Positions 8,657 through 17,900 of a stretch of DNA of 64,000 nt are shown here, in pieces. Below the pieces are notes generated by a model. The model did no database searches. It saw only the letters and a program-made list of their open reading frames with translations, and had not been told where the DNA came from. The DNA lies in the IMG/VR virus record IMGVR_UViG_3300043391_000113, positions 660 to 64,659 of that record. One strand, 5' to 3'. The DNA is from a virus (taxonomy: Duplodnaviria > Caudoviricetes). Each line of letters starts with the position of its first letter. Position 1 is the first letter of the stretch. A program made the position numbers and the translations under genes.

Positions 8657-10204
8657 GTGCAGATAATTGATAACAAAGCGTTACTAATAAGAACAAAAGA
8701 TCCCAGCCGAATTACCGCAGTCATCCCCAAGGCTGAGTTGGTAGGCGAAAACGAAGTGCTAGTGAATTGGGGGTTGGAAGAGGCGCAGGTACTTAAAAAC
8801 CTCCGCATCAAGAATGTTCCATCGCCTATTGATTCGCGCTACGAGTGGACTGGGGTCTACAAACCGTTTGAGCATCAGAAGACAACCGCATCGTTTCTGA
8901 CAATGCACCGCCGTGCGTTCTGCTTCAATGAACAGGGCACAGGCAAAACGTCGAGCGTCATCTGGGCTGCTGACTACCTGCTCAACATTGGGTTGATCAA
9001 ACGGGTGCTGGTGCTATGCCCCCTGTCCATCATGCAGTCAGCATGGGAGCAGGACTTGTTTAAGTTTGCCATGCACCGTACGGTAGCCATCGCTCATAGC
9101 CACTCTCGTGAGAAGCGGGCCAAGGCAGTTAAGAGTGAGGCTGAGTTTGTGATCTGTAACTTCGATGGGCTGGAGATAGTCAAAGACGAGGTTACCAAGG
9201 GTGGATTTGATTTAGTTGTTGTTGATGAAGCCAACGCTTACAAGAACGTGAGCACCAAGCGGTGGAAGATTCTGAACTCTGTCCTGACCCCAAACACATG
9301 GGTATGGATGCTGACAGGAACCCCTGCCTCACAGTGCCCGACAGACGCATACGGGCTGGCTAAGATCATCAACCCCGGTGGTGTACCCAAGTACTCAGGT
9401 GCATTCCGAGATATGGTGCTCTACAAGCTGACGCAGTTCAAATGGATACCCAAGCCGTCTTCAGAAAAAGTAGTGCACGAGGCCCTACAACCAGCAATAC
9501 GTTTTACCAAAGCTGAATGTCTAGATCTGCCGGAGATGACATACGTCACCCGCGATGTGCCGCTGACTACACAGCAGACTAAGTACTACGAGCAGCTACG
9601 CAAACACATGGTCACGGTTGCGGCAGGGGAGGACATCACCACAGTCAACGCGGCGGCAAACCTCAACAAGCTGCTTCAGCTATCGTGTGGCGCGGTCTAC
9701 TCGGATAGTGGAGAGGTCGTAGCGTTTGACGCCAAGAACCGCATGTCTGCCCTGCTTGAGGTGATTGAGGAAGCCAGCCACAAAGTCATCATCTTCGTGC
9801 CCTTCAGGCATGCCATCGAGATCATCGCGGCAGAATTAACCAAACAGAAGATACCCAACGAGGTCATTCACGGTGGCGTTTCTGCAACACGACGCACAGA
9901 AGTATTTGCTCAGTTTCAGAACGACAAGAACCCGCAGGTGTTAGTCATCCAGCCACAAGCTGCTGCGCACGGTGTGACGCTACATGCCGCCAACGTGGTG
10001 GTGTGGTGGGGGCCAATCACATCGACAGAAACCTACCTCCAAGCCAACGCCCGAGTGCACCGCGCAGGGCAACACAACCCCTGCACCGTGGTGCATTTGC
10101 AGGGCAGTCCGGTTGAACACCGTGTGTACAAGATGCTCTCAGAGAAGGTCAGCGTCCACACCCGCCTCATCGACCTCTATAAAAATGTGATGGAAGACAC
10201 TTGA
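8657..10204 (+). CDS. SNF2-like SF2 helicase
   Basis: EQGTGKT, VVDEA, LTGTP, GVTLHAA, QANARVHRAGQ. Confidence 0.9.
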   Translation: MQIIDNKALLIRTKDPSRITAVIPKAELVGENEVLVNWGLEEAQVLKNLRIKNVPSPIDSRYEWTGVYKPFEHQKTTASFLTMHRRAFCFNEQGTGKTSSVIWAADYLLNIGLIKRVLVLCPLSIMQSAWEQDLFKFAMHRTVAIAHSHSREKRAKAVKSEAEFVICNFDGLEIVKDEVTKGGFDLVVVDEANAYKNVSTKRWKILNSVLTPNTWVWMLTGTPASQCPTDAYGLAKIINPGGVPKYSGAFRDMVLYKLTQFKWIPKPSSEKVVHEALQPAIRFTKAECLDLPEMTYVTRDVPLTTQQTKYYEQLRKHMVTVAAGEDITTVNAAANLNKLLQLSCGAVYSDSGEVVAFDAKNRMSALLEVIEEASHKVIIFVPFRHAIEIIAAELTKQKIPNEVIHGGVSATRRTEVFAQFQNDKNPQVLVIQPQAAAHGVTLHAANVVVWWGPITSTETYLQANARVHRAGQHNPCTVVHLQGSPVEHRVYKMLSEKVSVHTRLIDLYKNVMEDT

Positions 10205-10229
10205 CAATGTAAATTCGTGAGAGTAAGAT
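10201..10229 (+). promoter_or_regulatory. sigma70-type promoter
   Basis: TTGACA-17 bp-TAAGAT; -35 overlaps the helicase stop codon. Confidence 0.75.
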
Positions 10230-10255
10230 AGTCAGACTAACTAAAGGAGAGTGCA

Positions 10256-10636
10256 ATGTCCGAACTGACTGCCGACAAGCTGGCAAAGATATACGTAAAG
10301 ATCCGCGAAAAGCGGCGAGAGCTATCCAAGCAAGACGATGCGTTGAAGGAGCAACTGGATGCGGTGGCTTCTCAACTGCTTGAGATTTGCAAGGAGCAGG
10401 GTGCAACCACGATCCGTACCGAGCACGGGACGGTATCACGAAGGACAACCAAGAACTTCTGGACGAGTGACTGGGAATCCTTCTACAAGTTCATCAAGGA
10501 TAACGATGCCTTTTCGTTGATGTTCCAACGCATCAACAACACGAACATGGCCCAGTACCTTGAGGAAAACCCCGATGTCCATCCGCCGGGGCTAAACGCG
10601 GATGTTACCCAGTCCATTGTTATTGTTAAACGCTAA
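10256..10636 (+). CDS. conserved phage replication-module protein
   Basis: Coiled N-terminus then IRTEHGTVSR...DWESFYKFI; AAGGAG RBS. Confidence 0.7.
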   Translation: MSELTADKLAKIYVKIREKRRELSKQDDALKEQLDAVASQLLEICKEQGATTIRTEHGTVSRRTTKNFWTSDWESFYKFIKDNDAFSLMFQRINNTNMAQYLEENPDVHPPGLNADVTQSIVIVKR

Positions 10637-10647
10637 GGAGAATATTC

Positions 10648-11514
10648 GTGAGTAACGAATTAGCTATGCTTGAACTGCCTTCGTACCTTGCCACTGTCGA
10701 ATTGGACGACGCAACCAAAGCCCTAATGGGTAATGGTGGTGGTTCGTTCAAGAGTATTGGTATCGACGGGGGTGCATTCCGTCTGAATGTGAATGGAAAA
10801 GAAGTCACCAAGATTGATGACCGTGCGCTTAATGTCGTCATCGTGGGAGCGGGGAAAGTCTACAAGCGGTTTTACGCCAGTGCGTACGTGCAAGGTCAGG
10901 CTCTGACTGCGCCCGACTGCTGGTCACCAGATGGTGAGTTTCCTGATGCTAAAGCCCAATCGCCTCAGTCCAAGCGGTGTATTGACTGTCCTCAGGCTGA
11001 GAAAGGTTCGGGTCAGGGTGAAGGTAAGGCTTGCAAGTCACGGCAACGTATTGCTGTGACTCTGGCCAACGACATGCGCGGCGACGTTATGTCGGTGGAC
11101 CTTCCCGGTGCGTCCGTGTTCGGTGCTGGCACTCCGGGCAAGTGGCCGTTGCAGACCTACGCTAAGATGGTTGGTAGCAAGGGCATCCCCATCACTGCCG
11201 TGGTGACGGAGATGCGGTTTGATACGGACGCCAAGTTCCCTAAGCTGACCTTTAAGCCCGTGCGTGTCATGACTGCTGATGAGCATCAGACCGCTATTGA
11301 GCAAGGCCAGACGGAAGCCGCGAAGCGTGCGATCAAGAACACCGTGTATGAGTCAAACGGCACGAAGCCAGTTGCAGGGCCTCGTCTGTCCGCCCCAGTT
11401 ACGGATGTGGTGGTTGAGACAATTTCTGAGCCTACGAAAAAAGTAGCTAAGCAGGAAGAAGCGGCTCCTAAGAAGGACCTGTCGAAGATTCTTGCAGAGT
11501 GGGACGATGAGTAA
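10648..11514 (+). CDS. putative ssDNA-binding/annealing protein
   Basis: CW..DG...CIDCPQ...ACK cysteine motif, acidic C-terminus EWDDE, position in the replication module. Confidence 0.55.
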   Translation: MSNELAMLELPSYLATVELDDATKALMGNGGGSFKSIGIDGGAFRLNVNGKEVTKIDDRALNVVIVGAGKVYKRFYASAYVQGQALTAPDCWSPDGEFPDAKAQSPQSKRCIDCPQAEKGSGQGEGKACKSRQRIAVTLANDMRGDVMSVDLPGASVFGAGTPGKWPLQTYAKMVGSKGIPITAVVTEMRFDTDAKFPKLTFKPVRVMTADEHQTAIEQGQTEAAKRAIKNTVYESNGTKPVAGPRLSAPVTDVVVETISEPTKKVAKQEEAAPKKDLSKILAEWDDE

Positions 11515-11741
11515 TGGCTGGATATTCCAGACGGACAGCGTGGCTGATTAAGCAAGCTGACCCTCACCTTTTGGGTGTTCGACTCGGTGTGATGTGTGTT
11601 GACAGGGATATACCTGTTGCAGATATCGCTGAGTGGGTGGGGGTCAGCCGCATGGCAGTTTATGCGTGGTTTCGTGGGGAATCCGTGGTGTCAAACACTC
11701 ACGAAGCAAAGGTCAAAGAGTTGATCCGCAGATTGACTTGA
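11514..11741 (+). CDS. Cro/XRE-like HTH protein
   Basis: IPVADIAEWVGVSRMAVYAWFRG. Confidence 0.75.
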   Translation: MAGYSRRTAWLIKQADPHLLGVRLGVMCVDRDIPVADIAEWVGVSRMAVYAWFRGESVVSNTHEAKVKELIRRLT

Positions 11742-11749
11742 TGAGTACG

Positions 11750-11831
11750 GAAGGGCTAGGCTAGCTACCAAAAAGAGTGTTCGCCGTCACATTCCTGCCC
11801 TTCTTACACAACGACGGATACAAGGACGGCT
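11750..11831 (+). promoter_or_regulatory. candidate structured leader of primase gene
   Basis: GAAGGGC(11750)/GCCCTTC(11797) stem; loop GCCGTC(11783) complementary to GACGG(11813) and GACGGC(11825). Confidence 0.45.
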
Positions 11832-14705
11832 ATGGTGTCGCGCAAAGAGTTTCTTGCGTTGGTGCTCGCACCCCTGCAAGAAAGCGAACACTACTGTACC
11901 TTCGGGATCAAGGTTATACCCACTCCCGATGGGGAAGGTAAAGAAGTTATACGGCAACGGTTTGTAGGTAGTACCGAAGAGATAAGCGCACAAGCAGATG
12001 CGTTGGTTGAGGAGCAGTTCAATGTTTTCTACGGTATGGCGAAGTACGGGGACCCTCAGAAAGGTCGCACCCGAAACAATGCGATAGCCCTCAAGTCATT
12101 CTTCCTTGACTTGGATTGTGGACCAACCAAACCTTTTGCCGATCTGGGCGAAGGACTGACTGCGCTCAAGACTTTTTGCAGAGCAACAAAACTGCCACGC
12201 CCGACGATTGTGAAGTCTGGGCGCGGGGCGCACGTGTACTGGGTGATGGACGAGGCGATGCCTCGCACTCAGTGGAAGGGGCATGCCGAGCAACTTAAAG
12301 CCCTGTGCGAGCACCACAAGTTTAACGTTGACCCAGCGGTTACGGCTGAAGCCGCACGGGTGTTGCGCGTACCTGAGACTTACCACGTCAAGGATGCAGA
12401 CAACCCCATGCTGGTGGAGGTGTTACATGTAGCGCCCGTGCTGTCATGGGTAGAAATCGAGGCCCTGCTTCCCCCTACCGACAACATCCTCAAGGCTATC
12501 CAGAAGTCGGAGTTCAAACGCCCACTGGACGCGACAACGCTCGCACTCATGGGCAACAACGAGTCGCGGTTTCGCACCATCCTGATTAAGTCCGTTGAGG
12601 GCACGGGGTGTAAACAGATCTTTGACATATACGAGAACCAAGCAACGCTTGAAGAGCCGTTGTGGCGTGCTGGGTTAAGCATTGCTCAACATTGCATGGA
12701 CCGGGACAAAGCGATCCATGTGCTGTCTAACAAGCACCCCGGTTACTCAGCCGAAGCGACTGACGCTAAGGCAAACGAGACAAAAGGTCCGTACACCTGC
12801 GAGACGTTTAAGAAGCTCAACGCTGCTGGCTGCGAAGGCTGCACACACAAAATCACGTCACCCATTCAGCTAGGCAAGGAGATTGCCAGAGCAGATACCG
12901 AAGAAGAAAACACGGTGCTGGACTTGGAGCCAGCGACTAAGGAGCTAAAACGCTTCGTCATCCCCAAGCTGCCGTTTCCCTTTTTCCGGGGGAAGAACGG
13001 CGGTATCTATATAACCAACAAAGACAAGGACGACAATGACAAAGAGGAACTAATTTACCCATACGACTTCTATGTCGTTAAACGGATGCACGACCCGGAC
13101 TTGGGGGAAACCCTACTACTGAGACTGCATCTTCCGAAGGATGGCGTTCGAGAGTTCATCATGACACTCCCCAACGTCTTGTCTAAGGAAAAATTTATTA
13201 GCACGGTGGCATCGTTCGGTGTCGCCGTAATTGGCAAAAAACAGGACGCCCTTATGTGGTACGTAACACGCTGGGTTGAGGAACTACAAATGACTTCAGA
13301 AGCAGAGATCGCACGTAAACAATTTGGTTGGGTAGAGGACGAGTCGGCTATTGTGATTGGCGACCGGGAGGTTCGTGCTACAGAGACGGTCTACAGTCCG
13401 CCATCGTCAGCCACGCTACCACTTATTCCACTGTTCCAGCCCAAGGGCGACTTCCACATTTGGAAGGATGTCATCAATACTTATGGCCGGGAGGGTATGG
13501 AGCACAGGGCGTTTGCTTTCTTCATGGGGTTTGGCACGCTGCTCATGAAGTTCACTACGCTTGATGGGTTCCTGCTCAACCTGTTTAGCCGAGAGTCTGG
13601 TTCGGGCAAGACCACGATTCTCCAAGCCATCAACAGCATTTACGGGCGACCCAAAGAACTGATGCTTGCACCCAAGGACACATACAACGCACGTATGAAC
13701 CGGATGGGTGTGATGCAGAGTTTTGCCCTCACGATGGATGAGATCACCAACATGGACCCAGCGCAGATGTCGCAACAGGTCTACGACGTGACCTCGGGAC
13801 GAGCTAAGAACCGACTCAAGCAGCATGAAAATGCCGAGCGCCTGAACCACACCAAGTGGCAGACTGGGATGATCACATCGTCCAACCGCTCAATCACCGA
13901 TGCCCTGCTATCTATTAAGGGTTTTCCCGATGGTGAACTGAAGCGGATCATGGAGATCAACGTCAAGCCTGACCCGTTGGATGACGCAACGTGGGCACGG
14001 CAACACTTTGGTCGCTTGATGGACAACTATGGCCATGCCATCGAACCCTATCTTCAAGCGATAGTATCCCAGCTTCCTATGGTCAAGACCAAACTGGCTG
14101 AGATGCAAATACGAATTGAGCAAGCCGCATCTATTAAGAACACCGAGCGGTATTGGGCGTTGAAGTCATCGTTGGCACTTGCAGGGGGCACAATTGCTAA
14201 GACACTGAACTTGCACGATATTCCGGTCAAGCCGGTTTTTGACTACGCCGTTAATCTTATTGGAGAACACCGCGCCAAGACGCAGGAGTACATGTTTGAC
14301 GTTGATGACTTCTTAGGTGCGTTCTTGCAACGTCACTTCCATGAGATCTTGGTGATCAACGGCGAGCGCGATAACCGCACAGGGTTGGAGAATGGCCCAA
14401 TCCGTGAGCCACGTGGTGCGCTGACCGTGCGGTATGAGCCAGACACTAAGCTACTATATGTAGTGAATCGCACCTACCGTGACGACTGCGCCAAGAACTT
14501 TGTGAACTACGAAGAGTCCTTGTCTGGATACCGCAAATCTGGGGCGTTGGTGGGTACTAAGAAAAAGCGGATGACCTCAGGGACGGTAGCCAATATGCAA
14601 GCGGCGGTGTCGGCTATGTGCTTTGATACTACGAAACTGGATTCGTTCCGAGAGGACGTGCTACTTGAAACTTTTAGATCAAACCCTGCTGATCGAGTGG
14701 AATAA
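11832..14705 (+). CDS. primase-helicase (AEP/RepB-like primase, Cys domain, DUF927 and P-loop helicase)
   Basis: FFLDLD, KSGRGAHVYW, RVLRVP, CEGC cluster, SGSGKTT, TMDE. Confidence 0.85.
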   Translation: MVSRKEFLALVLAPLQESEHYCTFGIKVIPTPDGEGKEVIRQRFVGSTEEISAQADALVEEQFNVFYGMAKYGDPQKGRTRNNAIALKSFFLDLDCGPTKPFADLGEGLTALKTFCRATKLPRPTIVKSGRGAHVYWVMDEAMPRTQWKGHAEQLKALCEHHKFNVDPAVTAEAARVLRVPETYHVKDADNPMLVEVLHVAPVLSWVEIEALLPPTDNILKAIQKSEFKRPLDATTLALMGNNESRFRTILIKSVEGTGCKQIFDIYENQATLEEPLWRAGLSIAQHCMDRDKAIHVLSNKHPGYSAEATDAKANETKGPYTCETFKKLNAAGCEGCTHKITSPIQLGKEIARADTEEENTVLDLEPATKELKRFVIPKLPFPFFRGKNGGIYITNKDKDDNDKEELIYPYDFYVVKRMHDPDLGETLLLRLHLPKDGVREFIMTLPNVLSKEKFISTVASFGVAVIGKKQDALMWYVTRWVEELQMTSEAEIARKQFGWVEDESAIVIGDREVRATETVYSPPSSATLPLIPLFQPKGDFHIWKDVINTYGREGMEHRAFAFFMGFGTLLMKFTTLDGFLLNLFSRESGSGKTTILQAINSIYGRPKELMLAPKDTYNARMNRMGVMQSFALTMDEITNMDPAQMSQQVYDVTSGRAKNRLKQHENAERLNHTKWQTGMITSSNRSITDALLSIKGFPDGELKRIMEINVKPDPLDDATWARQHFGRLMDNYGHAIEPYLQAIVSQLPMVKTKLAEMQIRIEQAASIKNTERYWALKSSLALAGGTIAKTLNLHDIPVKPVFDYAVNLIGEHRAKTQEYMFDVDDFLGAFLQRHFHEILVINGERDNRTGLENGPIREPRGALTVRYEPDTKLLYVVNRTYRDDCAKNFVNYEESLSGYRKSGALVGTKKKRMTSGTVANMQAAVSAMCFDTTKLDSFREDVLLETFRSNPADRVE

Positions 14706-14898
14706 GTTTAAGCCGGGGACATCGTTCTTCGTCCCATGTTGGGACCGACGCGGTATGGCGATTTATCTACACAAAGAAGCAAGGCGCTTACACGTAGACA
14801 TTGTGATGAAATCGGTCGTTGAACGTGGGATGTACGGTATACGGGTATGGCGTGTTGATGCTACACTCGACCCCGCACTCTCTCCTCTCCCCCGGTGA
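14665..14898 (+). CDS. small conserved phage protein
   Basis: IEWNKFKPGTSFFVPC...GIRVWRV; GAGGAC RBS 7 nt before TTG 14665. Confidence 0.65.
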   Translation: MKLLDQTLLIEWNKFKPGTSFFVPCWDRRGMAIYLHKEARRLHVDIVMKSVVERGMYGIRVWRVDATLDPALSPLPR

Positions 14899-14909
14899 AG
14901 GGGGTTGGC

Positions 14910-14943
14910 CCCCCTGATGGCTCCGCCTCGGGGGGATTTTTTT
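14910..14943 (+). terminator. intrinsic terminator at the convergence of replication and virion modules
   Basis: CCCCCTGA...TCGGGGGG 8-bp stem then T7. Confidence 0.55.
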
Positions 14944-17900
14944 AGTTTTCGTCGAAGAACTTGTCTTCGATACCGGCCTTCAACTTCTTGTTGAATGTCA
15001 CACCGTGCAGCATAGTGCGCTCTGCGGCTTGACGTGCCTTGATGGACTTCATGAGAGTGGAACCCGTGATCATGTACTCGGGTCTGGCTTCGTTAAATGC
15101 CATGATCTCATCCCGTGCACGGTCCATCAGATCCCCGTCCATGCCTGTGTATCCCATGTTATACATGTTGAGCAGCTTAGTCCGGCGCTGGATAACTTCG
15201 CGCTCATAGCTCTTGGCACCAGAGATTTTTTCATACGTGCTGGAGAGGTCTGCTGGAGAAAACCCTATCATCTGCATCAGCCCGTTGTAGGCACTGATGT
15301 CCTCATCTACTGGGTCACCTTTGAGAGTCAACGCACCCTCACTTAAATAGCGTGCGCCTTTCAACACGTTACGGGCTGCGCTGGGGAGAATCCCTTCAAT
15401 TGCACGCTCCACATTCCCTTCTTGGAACATTTTGATGGAGTTGCCCACATTGACGGCATACGTACCGGCGGGGCCAAAGGCTTGCTGCATAGCTGACAAT
15501 ACATAGCCATGTTCTGCAATACCACGGGGGTCATCACGGAAGATCAGATCCGTTGCCAGTCCTGAACGATTGGCGACTTCCAAGTTGGTGATGTAGTTGA
15601 ACGCGCCCTTGTACAAGAACTCACCAAACGCTTGACGCAGTTCTTCATGCACATCAAACGGCTCATCATCGTCCCCTGCAAGTGCTTGCAGCATGGTGGC
15701 CAGAGTAGTCAGCGCCCCGTAGAACGGCATGCCTTTGATGCCAAGGAACATTGTGGACATGCCATAAGTGGCTAGCAGTTGCCGTCTGGCAGCGGCACGT
15801 ATATCTGCATTTTGCCCCTTGAACGCCTGATGAAACGCACGGGCAAGAATGAACGCGCTGTTCCACGCAAACGATTTGAATGTCGCAAAGACTCGGCCAA
15901 CTGGGTGTTGCATCCAGCGTGGGGCGGTTGCCGCCATACCAGACGTATGAATGTCTTTAACCGTCCGCACCGCAAATCTAATTGCGGCATCTGGGTCCAT
16001 ACCGTCTTCAATTGCCAGATCAAACGCAGCAACTGCCGTGACGCCACGGTTGTACTTCTCTGCTGCTGAGAACGGTAGTGCGATGCCATCAAGAATCTTG
16101 GCTTTTAGCCCAAGATAATCAGACGTTTTTTGCCTGCGCCCTTCTAAAACTTCCCGTGCCATCGTGTGTTCAAGCTGGCCATGATCCATCAAAGCCGCAT
16201 ATAAACCGGCATAGCGCAGATTGCCTTTTTGCCCACCCAACTGATTGTTCACCATAACCCTGTGCGCATTAGCCATTTTGGCTGATGTCGTACCAAACCC
16301 AAATTGCCCACCCAACATGGGCCATGCAAGCAGGGGCAGAGAAGTCAAGTTGATGATGGCAGAGGAGATGTTTCCGGCGATGTACTCGTAATAGCTAAGT
16401 GCCGTAGCCCCGTGTACAAAGTCGTTGTATGTTGGGTTGTGGAAAAAGTTGCTTTGCCCTTTGATGTTCTGAGCAACCACATCTAGGTCAATGTCGTTAG
16501 CGTTTGCAGCTTGTGCTTCTATCTCACTGATTGCTTTGTCAATCTGTGGGGAGTATTCGGAGTTGGCCAGTTTGCGTTTCCAGCGAACCATCACATCGCC
16601 GTAGCCACGCACAATGTCCTTCTCCATACCCAACACGTTTTTGGACTTGAGGAACTGCTTGGCAATTGAGTCGGCTGGGAACAGGGAGATGTACGCTTGA
16701 TACGCAGCATCAACTTGTTGCTGGCTTGCCCCATTGGCACGCAAATCTTCTATTACTTTGCCAATGAATGAAGTAGTCGGCACCGCGTTTGGATCAAACG
16801 AAATGTCTTCCAAATTTTGGTAAGACTTGTGTTGGATGTTTTGTGGTACCAACATCTGGTTAATGAACTGCTGACGCTCCCGAATAGACTCAAACGCTGT
16901 AGCCGTACGATCCCCAGTTTGGGGGTCAGCGTATTCCACCCAAAACTCACCCCGGCGCAAAAATGGGATGTACCCCGGAATGCGTTTACGGGTTTGAAAT
17001 TCGCTAACAAGTTTTGCTTTGAGGCTGGGAGTCACACTTTTGAGCACCAGCGTTTCATACGCCTTTAACGCAGCGTCGTATTCTTCCCGAATGTCTTTGT
17101 AGACTTGTTGGACTTCTGGGTCCAACGCAGCAAACTCCCGGCGCAACCGTGAATAGGTTGGCATTTGTGTGCTGGTTGGGTTAAACCCAGCATTAAGAAT
17201 ATCCAACTCTTGTAGCCGCGCTTCAACAGCTATGTCGTTGAGCTTATTCATCTGTTGCGGATGTTTTTTCTCAACGTCCAAAAATTCTTGGTATTTTTTG
17301 TTTACCTCTGCAATTGACTGTTCCTGCACGCCATTGCGCTTCTCCAGTGCATCAAGCAGTTTTTGGATGGAAGGAAGCTGGTCGCCGTAGATCGTATTGA
17401 TGTTATCGAGCCGCAGCAGGCCCATAGCAATCTGCTTCCACGTCACATCCTTGACGTTGGAGATCGTATTCGCTGCGCTGTTAGCTGCTTGCTTGGTCAA
17501 CTGGGGCATTGCCTGCGCGACTTGCCCAACTACCCCAAAGTTACCCAAAAAGAACAAGTCATCAGTAGGCGTAGGCTTAACGTCAGATGAGATGTCAATG
17601 GCATCGCTGACAAACTTCATCCCTGCTTCGTACGCGGACTGACCTTTGCGCAGCCCAAAGAACTCTGCAATCGCTTGCACGATGCGCTGGAACATGTTGC
17701 CGCTGCGTGGGGCTTTGATGCCCTTGAGCAGTGCTTGGAACTCTGGGTTACCAACAAGCTCGGATGCAAACTCTTGCAGGTTAGTAGCACCGTAGGCTGC
17801 ACCGAGTCGGTCTTGGACTTGTACGAAGAAGTTCTGGAACTCTTTGGTCAGCGGGTGGTTAGGGTTACGCAGCACGTGAGAAATGGCTGCATGGATTACC

